Source: an uncultured Pseudomonadota bacterium (GTDB taxonomy: Bacteria; Pseudomonadota; Alphaproteobacteria; JACZXZ01). From it: a DNA stretch of 64,000 nt. A program made the position numbers and the translations under genes. Below the pieces are notes generated by a model. The model was given only the letters and a program-made list of their open reading frames with translations. It was not told the origin of the DNA and searched no databases. The DNA lies in contig CAVVLJ010000020.1 of assembly GCA_963749075.1 (NCBI GenBank), positions 768,001 to 832,000 on the forward strand, written 5' to 3'. Of this stretch, positions 57,202 to 64,000 are shown piece after piece (positions within the stretch are counted from its first letter, which is position 1; each line of letters begins with the position of its first letter).

Positions 57202-58229
57202 CCGGGCGCGTCTCGCAACCGGGTGCGCGCGGGAGCGACGCCCCGTCCGGCAATTCGCCCGTCAGCGCCGCGGAGCTCGCCCGCCTCTACCGCTCGGTCT
57301 ACCGCTTGCGCCGCACCGAGGAGACCCTCGCCGAGCTCTACCGCGAGCAGGAGATGCGCACGCCCACCCACTTCGGCATCGGCCAGGAGGCGGTGGCGAG
57401 TGGGGTCTCGGAGGCGCTCGCGCCCGAGGACGTGGTCTATAGCCACCACCGCTGCCACAACCACTATCTCGCGCGCGGCGGCAGCGTCGAGGCGCTCGCG
57501 GCGGAGCTCTACGGGCGCGAGACGGGCTGCTCGCGGGGCCGCGGCGGCTCGGTGCACCTGACCGCGCGTGAGCGGGGCTTCGTGGTCTCGAGCGCCATCG
57601 TCGGCGAGACCGTCGCGGTGGCGACCGGCTCGGCGCTCGCCTTCAAGATGGACGGCGTGCCCCGCGTCGCGGTGACCTTCTTCGGCGAGGCCACCTGGGA
57701 GGAGGGCATCATCTACGAGTGCCTCAATTACGCCTCGATCCGGCGGCTTCCGGTCTTCTTCGTCTGCGAGAACAATCTCTATTCGACCGAGAGCCCGCTC
57801 GCGGTGCGCCAGCCGCCGGGAACCGATCTCTGCGAGCGAGCCGGCGCCTTCAAGATCCCCGCCGAGCGCATCGACGGCAACGACGTGGCGGGCGTCTATG
57901 CGGCGGCCCGGCGCGCGCTCGACGGCATCCGGGGCGGCGAGGGCCCCTACTTGCTCGAGTGCATGACCTACCGCTGGCGCGAGCACGTGGGCCCGCTCTA
58001 CGACCACGAGATGGGACGCACCTATCGCAGCCGCGCCGAGCTCGAGGAGTGGATGGCGCGTTGCCCGGTCAAGCGCGCGCGTCAGCGCCTCTTGGACGGG
58101 CGCCACGCGGCCGAGGGCGAGATCGTCCTCTGGGAGGGCGAGATCGAGCGCGAGATCGCGGCCGCGGTCAAGGCCGCCAAGGCGGCACCCCAGCCGAGCC
58201 CGGCAGACCTCTTCGAGCACGTCTGGTGA
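57198..58229 (+). CDS. TPP-dependent dehydrogenase E1 alpha-like subunit
   Basis: HFGIGQEA, HRCH, GRGGSVH, FFGEA...CENNLYS, IDGNDV, TYRWREHVG. GTGA overlap with the GT2. Confidence 0.9.
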   Translation: MTGRVSQPGARGSDAPSGNSPVSAAELARLYRSVYRLRRTEETLAELYREQEMRTPTHFGIGQEAVASGVSEALAPEDVVYSHHRCHNHYLARGGSVEALAAELYGRETGCSRGRGGSVHLTARERGFVVSSAIVGETVAVATGSALAFKMDGVPRVAVTFFGEATWEEGIIYECLNYASIRRLPVFFVCENNLYSTESPLAVRQPPGTDLCERAGAFKIPAERIDGNDVAGVYAAARRALDGIRGGEGPYLLECMTYRWREHVGPLYDHEMGRTYRSRAELEEWMARCPVKRARQRLLDGRHAAEGEIVLWEGEIEREIAAAVKAAKAAPQPSPADLFEHVW

Positions 58230-59299
58230 TGAGCGAGCCTGCTGCCAGGATCGAGACGGCGAAGGCGCGCCAGCTCAAATACTCCGATGCGCTGTCGGAG
58301 GGGCTCGTGCAGGCCATGACGCGCGATCCCAGCATCTTCGTAGCCGGCATCGCCGTCGACTACTCCTCGGGCATCTTCGGCTCGACCCTCGAGGCGGTGA
58401 AGCGCTTCGGCCCCGCGCGCATCTTCGATACGCCCGCCATGGAGAACGCCCTCACCGGCATCGCCATCGGCGCCGCCGCGGTGGGCAAGCGCCCGATGAT
58501 CGTCCACGCGCGCAACGACTTCATGTTCCTCGCCTTCGACCAGATGATCAACTTGGCCGCCAAGTGGCACTACATGTTCGGCGGCCGCGCCGGCCCGCTC
58601 CCCCTCGTGGTGCGCGCCATCGTCGGGCGCGGCTGGGGGCAGGGCGCCACGCATTCGCAGAGCCTCCACGGCGTGCTGGCGCATTTCCCCGGCCTCAAGG
58701 TGGTGACGCCGGCGCTGCCGCAGGACGCCAAGGGCCTGACCATCGCGGCGCTGCAATCGAACTCGCCCGTCGTCATCATCGAGCACCGCACGCTCTACGG
58801 CCTGAGCGGCCCGGTGAGCGAGGCGTTCGAGCCGACCCCCATCGGCGTCGCCAGCGTGGCGCGCCAGGGACGCGACGTGAGCGTGGTCGCCGCCTCCTAC
58901 ATGGTCGTCGAGGCGCTCCATGCGGCGGCCGAGCTCGAGAAGGAGGGCATCTCGGCCGAGGTCGTCGACCTGCGCACCATCCGCCCGCTCGACGAGGAGA
59001 CGGTGCTCGCCTCCGTGCGCAAGACCGGGCGGCTCATCGCCGTCGACACGAGCTGGGAGCTCTGCGGCGTGGTGAGCGAGATCGCGGCCCTCGCCGCCGA
59101 GAAGGCCTTCCACTCTCTCAAGGCGCCGGTCAGGCGTTTGGCGCTCGCGGATTGCCCGGCGCCGGTCGCGGCCTCCCTCGAGGCGGTCTTCTACCCCAAG
59201 GCCTCGACGATCGTGCAAGCAGCACTGGCACTCATGGGGCGCGGCGCGCGCCAGCTCGGCGACATCGATCTGGTCGACGATTTCAAGGGGCCCTATTAG
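58229..59299 (+). CDS. TPP-dependent dehydrogenase E1 beta-like subunit
   Basis: FDTPAMEN, AFDQMIN.AAK, GATHSQS, VVDLRTIRPLD, SVRKTGR. TGATG overlap. Confidence 0.9.
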   Translation: MSEPAARIETAKARQLKYSDALSEGLVQAMTRDPSIFVAGIAVDYSSGIFGSTLEAVKRFGPARIFDTPAMENALTGIAIGAAAVGKRPMIVHARNDFMFLAFDQMINLAAKWHYMFGGRAGPLPLVVRAIVGRGWGQGATHSQSLHGVLAHFPGLKVVTPALPQDAKGLTIAALQSNSPVVIIEHRTLYGLSGPVSEAFEPTPIGVASVARQGRDVSVVAASYMVVEALHAAAELEKEGISAEVVDLRTIRPLDEETVLASVRKTGRLIAVDTSWELCGVVSEIAALAAEKAFHSLKAPVRRLALADCPAPVAASLEAVFYPKASTIVQAALALMGRGARQLGDIDLVDDFKGPY

Positions 59300-59452
59300 G
59301 GGAGCACAGCCGCTTCCGCGGCAGGCGCGCCGGCAAATGCGGCTGGACATTCGCCGCCTCCCGCTTTACCTACGGCCGCGGGAAAGTCAGCCGGGCGGCG
59401 GGGTTCCGACAGCAGCGTGGACTTCACATCGATGACGCGCGGTGGCGCCGCG

Positions 59453-60853
59453 ATGAGCAGCAGGCGGCCGGACCATGCAACCGTGATGGTGGACCTGACG
59501 CCGCTCTTGCCGGGCGGCGGCAATGGCGGCGCCAAGTGGTTCGTGCTGGCGCTCCTCGAGGGCATGGCGCGGGCGCGGGCGGGCTGGCGCTGGCTGCTCT
59601 TGACCACTGCCGCCAACGAGGCGCTCCTCGCCGAGCGCTTCCCCGCCATGGCGCGGTTGCGCGCGATCGACGGGGAAGGCCGCGCGGAACTCCGCCCCGA
59701 TCCCGCGCACTTGCCCGGCGGCGGCCGCGCCGACCTTCTCTATTGCCCTTTCACCGCCCCCTTCTACGCGAGCCTGCTGGTGCCGACCGTCGCCACCGTC
59801 TACGACCTGCAGTTCGCCGAGTACCCGCAGTTCTTCAGCCGCGCCGAGGTCGAGGAGCGGGCGCGCAATTTCTTCGCCGCCGCGGCCGAATGCGAGCGGC
59901 TGGCGTGCATCTCGGATTACGTCCGCGCCCAAGTCCTGCGCATGAGCGGCCTCGCGGAGAAGCGGGCACGGCGCATCCACATCACGCTTCCCGAACGCCT
60001 CGGGCCGGGCGATGCGGCGGGCGAGGCGGCACTCCTTGCGCGCCATGGGGTGTTGCGCGGGCGCTACCTCATCTATCCGGCGAACACCTGGCCGCACAAG
60101 AACCACGAGATGCTGCTGACCGCGGCGGGGATGTATTTCGCGCGTCATCCGGCGAGCGACCTCAAGATCCTGTGCAGCGGGGTAAGCGACGATACGCGCG
60201 GGGGAGCGCTCAAGGCGGCCGCCGCGCGCATGGGGCTTGCCGGCCGCGTGCTTTTTCCGGGCTTCCTCGGCGAGGGGGAGCTCGCGGCACTCCTCGCCGC
60301 GGCGCGGGCGCTCATCTTTCCCTCGCTCTTCGAGGGCTTCGGCATGCCCGTCCTCGAGGCGATGGCCGCGGGCGTGCCGGTGCTCTCAGCCGATCGCGCG
60401 AGCCTGCCCGAGATCGCCGGCGACGCGGCCCTCTTCTTCGATGCGCGGCGGCCGGGCGACGTCCTCCGCGCCATCGAGGCTATCGAGAGCGAGCCGGGGC
60501 TGCCCGCCCGGCTCGCCGCGGCCGGACGCGCGCGCGCCGCAGCACTCGGGGACGCCGAGAGCATGACGGCGGCCTATCTCGAGCTCTTCGACGAGGCGAT
60601 CGCGGACGAGCGCTGGCATTTGGGTCGGCTCTCCCGCCGCCTCCGGCGGCTCAGGCGCGCGGCCGGGCGTGCCTTGGGCTCCGCTTCCCTCAGAGCCGGC
60701 GCACGCGGCGCCGCGGCAGCGCTCCGCCGCCGCTTGCAGGCGTGGCTCCACGGCCGCCTGCAGCTCGCGCGCGCGGAGCTCGGGCGCCGGCTGCCGGTTC
60801 TCAAGACGCTGGTGCGCGGCGTGCGGCGGCTTTTCGCGGGCGCCAAGCCGTGA
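59453..60853 (+). CDS. GT4 (GT-B) glycosyltransferase
   Basis: TVYDLQ, YPANTWPHKNH, FPSLFEGFGMPVLEAMAAG. Start uncertain (59417-59453). Confidence 0.9.
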   Translation: MSSRRPDHATVMVDLTPLLPGGGNGGAKWFVLALLEGMARARAGWRWLLLTTAANEALLAERFPAMARLRAIDGEGRAELRPDPAHLPGGGRADLLYCPFTAPFYASLLVPTVATVYDLQFAEYPQFFSRAEVEERARNFFAAAAECERLACISDYVRAQVLRMSGLAEKRARRIHITLPERLGPGDAAGEAALLARHGVLRGRYLIYPANTWPHKNHEMLLTAAGMYFARHPASDLKILCSGVSDDTRGGALKAAAARMGLAGRVLFPGFLGEGELAALLAAARALIFPSLFEGFGMPVLEAMAAGVPVLSADRASLPEIAGDAALFFDARRPGDVLRAIEAIESEPGLPARLAAAGRARAAALGDAESMTAAYLELFDEAIADERWHLGRLSRRLRRLRRAAGRALGSASLRAGARGAAAALRRRLQAWLHGRLQLARAELGRRLPVLKTLVRGVRRLFAGAKP

Positions 60854-60887
60854 CGCCCCGCCGGGACGCCAACCAGAGGCGCCCTGC

Positions 60888-61793
60888 ATGACGGCCGCGA
60901 TCGCCGTCATCACCCCTTCCTTCGCGCAAGGCCGCTTCATCGAGCGCACCGTCCGGAGCGTGCTCGACCAGGGGCCGCTCGCCATCGACTACGTGGTGGT
61001 GGACGGCGGCAGCACGGACGGCACCCTCGAGATCCTGCGCCGCTACCAGGGCTCGCTCCGCTTCGTTTCCGCGCCCGACGAGGGGCAGAGCGACGCCGTC
61101 AACAAGGGCCTGGCGATGAGCGATGCGCCGGTCATCGGCTGGCTCAATTCCGACAACGTCTATTACCCCGGCGCTGTCGCCGCGGCACTCGAGTTTTTCG
61201 CCCTGCATCCCGAGGTCGACGTGCTCTACGGCAACGCCCAGCACATCGACGAGAACGATGCGGTGATCGAGGACTACGCCGTCGAGCCGTGGAATCTCAA
61301 GCGCCTCGCCGAGGTCTGCTTCCTCTGCCAGCCGGCGGTGTTCTTCCGCCGCCGCGTCGTCGAGCGCTTCGGTCCGCTCGACAAGTCGCTGCGCTATTGC
61401 ATGGACTACGAATACTGGCTGCGCCTCGGCCACGGCGGCGCCGTCTTCGCGCAGCTGCCGCGCACGCTCGCGGGCTCGCGCCTCCATGGCGCCACCAAGA
61501 CGCTCGGCGAGCGGAGAAGCTTCCACGCCGAGATCAACAGCATGCTCAAGCGCCGGCTCGGGCGGGTGCCCGACCGCTGGCTCGCCAATTACGCCCACGT
61601 CGTGGTCGAGGAGCGCGGCATCGCCCGCGCCGACCGCGCGCGCTTCGCCTGGGCGGTCGCCTGGGCGACGCTTGCGGCGGGCCTCAGCTGGAACCGCCGG
61701 CTCAACCGCTCGCTCGTGGCGCTCACCTCGGGCTGGCTGCGCTCGTCGCTCGCGGAGAGGGTCGCGCGCTTGCGCCGGAGAGCGGCACCATGA
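60888..61793 (+). CDS. GT2 glycosyltransferase (soluble, WcaE-like type)
   Basis: ITPSFAQGRFIE, VDGGSTDGT, GQSDAVNKG, WLNSDN, MDYEYWLR. Confidence 0.9.
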   Translation: MTAAIAVITPSFAQGRFIERTVRSVLDQGPLAIDYVVVDGGSTDGTLEILRRYQGSLRFVSAPDEGQSDAVNKGLAMSDAPVIGWLNSDNVYYPGAVAAALEFFALHPEVDVLYGNAQHIDENDAVIEDYAVEPWNLKRLAEVCFLCQPAVFFRRRVVERFGPLDKSLRYCMDYEYWLRLGHGGAVFAQLPRTLAGSRLHGATKTLGERRSFHAEINSMLKRRLGRVPDRWLANYAHVVVEERGIARADRARFAWAVAWATLAAGLSWNRRLNRSLVALTSGWLRSSLAERVARLRRRAAP

Positions 61794-62974
61794 AGGTCGG
61801 CTTCGACGTGAGTCAGACCGGCAGGGACAAGGCCGGCTGCGGCATCCTCGCCGACTGCCTCATCCGTCATCTCCCCGCCCTCATGGCCGAGGACGAGTTC
61901 CTTCTCTATCCGACCTTCGGCGATCTCTATTGGGACGAGCGCTGGGCGGAAGATACCGCACTCCCCGCCGGCGCCAACCTGCGCCGCGGCTTCCACCACA
62001 CGGATTTCGAGGCGGCGCGCGCCTTCTGGCGCACCCCGCCGGCGGCACTCGATGCGCTGCTCGGCGATCCCGACATCGTCCATTCCAACAATTTCTTCTG
62101 CCCCCCGGCGCTCGCCCGCGCCCGTCTCGTCTATACGCTCTACGATCTCAATTTCCTCGAGAACCCCGAGTGGACCACGGAGGCCAACCGGGTCGGCTGC
62201 TTCACGGGCGTCTTCAACGCGAGCGTGCGGGCCAACGCCGTCGTTGCCATCTCGGACTTCTCGCGCCGCCATTTCCTCGCCACCTTCCCGCACTATCCGG
62301 CCGAGCGCACGGCCGTCGTGCATCTCGCGAGCCGCTTTGCCGCACCGGCGCCAGGGGTGGCCGCCGGGCCGCCCTCCGAGCGGCTGGCGCGCCTTGCCGC
62401 CGCGGGCTTCTGGCTCGCGGTCGGCACCATCGAGCCGCGCAAGAACTACGAGGGCCTGGCCGAGGCCTTCGCCCGCCTCGGCGGCGAGGGCGGGCGAGCC
62501 ATGCCCCTCGTGATCGCCGGCAAGAACGGCTGGATGATGCAGCACTTCGACGACCGGCTCCGCGCGCTCGAGCTGGGCGACGCGGTGCTGCGCCTCGGCT
62601 ATGCGAGCGAGGCGGAGCTCGCCTGGCTCTACCGGAACTGCTTTGCCTTCGTCTATCCGACCTTCTGGGAAGGCTTCGGGCTGCCGGTCGTGGAAGCCAT
62701 GAGCCAGGGCGCTCCGGTGATCTCGTCGGCGGTGAGCTCGATCCCCGAGATCCTCGGCGATGCCGGCCTTCTGATCGATCCGCACGACGGGGCGAGCCTC
62801 TTGGCCGCGATGCGGCGGCTTGCGGACGAGCCGGACTTGCGGCAGGCGCTCGCCGGGCGCGCGGCCCGCCGGGCGAGGCACTTTTCCTGGCATGAGACGG
62901 CCCGCCGGGTGGCCGAGATCTACCGCGAGGCGCTGGCCCGCCCGCGCTACGCCCAAAGCGAGCCGGCCCGGTGA
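61790..62974 (+). CDS. GT4 (GT-B) glycosyltransferase
   Basis: ATGA overlap. VGTIEPRKN, YPTFWEGFGLPVVEAM, FSW. Confidence 0.92.
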   Translation: MKVGFDVSQTGRDKAGCGILADCLIRHLPALMAEDEFLLYPTFGDLYWDERWAEDTALPAGANLRRGFHHTDFEAARAFWRTPPAALDALLGDPDIVHSNNFFCPPALARARLVYTLYDLNFLENPEWTTEANRVGCFTGVFNASVRANAVVAISDFSRRHFLATFPHYPAERTAVVHLASRFAAPAPGVAAGPPSERLARLAAAGFWLAVGTIEPRKNYEGLAEAFARLGGEGGRAMPLVIAGKNGWMMQHFDDRLRALELGDAVLRLGYASEAELAWLYRNCFAFVYPTFWEGFGLPVVEAMSQGAPVISSAVSSIPEILGDAGLLIDPHDGASLLAAMRRLADEPDLRQALAGRAARRARHFSWHETARRVAEIYREALARPRYAQSEPAR

Positions 62975-64000
62975 GCCGGCTGGCGACCGGCGAGCGCCTC
63001 TCTGGCGGGCTCGTGGCACTCCTGGCTGTAGCGGCGGCGGCCGGGGTGGCAAATCCGCCGCCCTTTGCCGTGCTGGCCGAGAGCGGCGGCTTGGCGGTGC
63101 TGGGCTTCAATCTGGCGCTGCTCGTCCTCGCGGCGGCGCTTGGCGCCCTGGCCCTGGCGCTCGGCGACGTGGCGCTCCTCGCGCTCCGGTCGGCGGGCGC
63201 CCTTCAGCTCAGCGCCGAGGCGGTCCTCCTGCGCCTTACGCTCGGCACGGCGCTCTTGAGCGTGTTGGGCGTCGCCCTCGCCGCGGCCCGTCTCATCGAT
63301 CCTTGGGTCTCAGGCGCCATCCTCGCGGCGGCGCTCGGCAGCTGGATCGCCTGGCGCGGCGCCCTCGTGCGCGACGGGCTCGGCCGGCTCCGCCAATGGC
63401 TCTCGCCCAAGGCGCCCGCCGAGGCGAGCCCTCTGCTCCGCATCCTGCGCTGGCTCGGCATCCTCGCGGCCGCAGCACTCCTTCTCCTGCGCACGATCGA
63501 TCCGCATCTCGGCGATTTCGATTCGCAGCAGCAGTACGTGCTCTTCCTCGACGAGGTCCGCCATCTCGGGTCGTTCTGGCTCGACCCGGCCGAGCCCCTC
63601 TACTTCGATTTCCTCTCCGGCCGCGGCAACGGCGTCTTTCTCTTCGCCGCCGGGATCGGCGGCGGCCTCGTGATCCAGGCCGTCTCGGCCGTCTATGCCG
63701 TCCTCATCCTGCTTACGCTGCGCGCTGTCGCCGTCCGCGCGCTGGCACCGGCCGAGGCGATGCTCGGCCCGGCGATCCCCCGGCTTCTCCCCGATCTGGC
63801 GGTCATTCTCGCCGCCACCATACTGTCGGATGTCTTGCCCTTCGGGCGCTACCACGTGCAGACCGCGGCGTGGTTCCTCGCGGCCCTGTACGCTGTCGTG
63901 CTGCGCGCGACCGGCTCCGAGGGCGAACGCCGCCTGGGCGCGGTCCTCCTTGCCGCGCTCGCGGTGGCACTGCCGTTGAGCCTGCCGCAATACACCGCGA
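62971..64000 (+). CDS. Polytopic membrane protein, GT-C-like (3' end runs off the window)
   Basis: GTGA overlap. Manual translation shows several TM helices, then HLGDFDSQQQY acidic loop and more TM helices. No stop seen. Confidence 0.65.
   Translation, partial: MSRLATGERLSGGLVALLAVAAAAGVANPPPFAVLAESGGLAVLGFNLALLVLAAALGALALALGDVALLALRSAGALQLSAEAVLLRLTLGTALLSVLGVALAAARLIDPWVSGAILAAALGSWIAWRGALVRDGLGRLRQWLSPKAPAEASPLLRILRWLGILAAAALLLLRTIDPHLGDFDSQQQYVLFLDEVRHLGSFWLDPAEPLYFDFLSGRGNGVFLFAAGIGGGLVIQAVSAVYAVLILLTLRAVAVRALAPAEAMLGPAIPRLLPDLAVILAATILSDVLPFGRYHVQTAAWFLAALYAVVLRATGSEGERRLGAVLLAALAVALPLSLPQYTA

Noticed and set aside
57198-59299. Housekeeping pdhA/pdhB assignment
   Set aside because: There are no E2/E3 genes, the TPP motif is atypical and the context is a glycan locus, so no gene symbol was given.

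Overview
High-GC bacterial DNA. It looks Alphaproteobacteria-like, judged only from gene content and promoter style. Almost the whole window is one large cell-envelope glycan-tailoring island of about 44 genes. It holds five GtrB/DPM1-like GT2 enzymes (probable polyprenyl-phosphate sugar synthases, one fused to an SDR), an LPG-synthase-TM flippase-like protein, and about twelve large polytopic GT-C/YfhO-like membrane proteins, three sets of which are tandem paralog pairs. It also holds ten SAM methyltransferases, rfbF/rfbG with a diverged reductase, a stand-alone PDH-E1-like alpha/beta pair, an AsnB amidotransferase, a membrane desaturase, an MBOAT plus SGNH-like O-acylation pair, and a soluble GT4-GT2-GT4 block. 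The least explained element is a set of four diverged small proteins, each with TM helices and a C-terminal winged-helix-like domain, arranged as two divergent tandem pairs around the GT2-SDR fusion and a methyltransferase. The island also shows active remodelling: tandem duplications with patchy divergence, gene remnants, a 254-bp direct repeat flanking a lower-GC insert, a 48-bp duplicated promoter, and two short tandem repeats. Four genes carry apparent single-base frameshifts that may be sequencing errors. I saw no rRNA, tRNA, CRISPR array, transposase, integrase or reverse transcriptase. All family calls come from reading motifs by eye, not from database searches.
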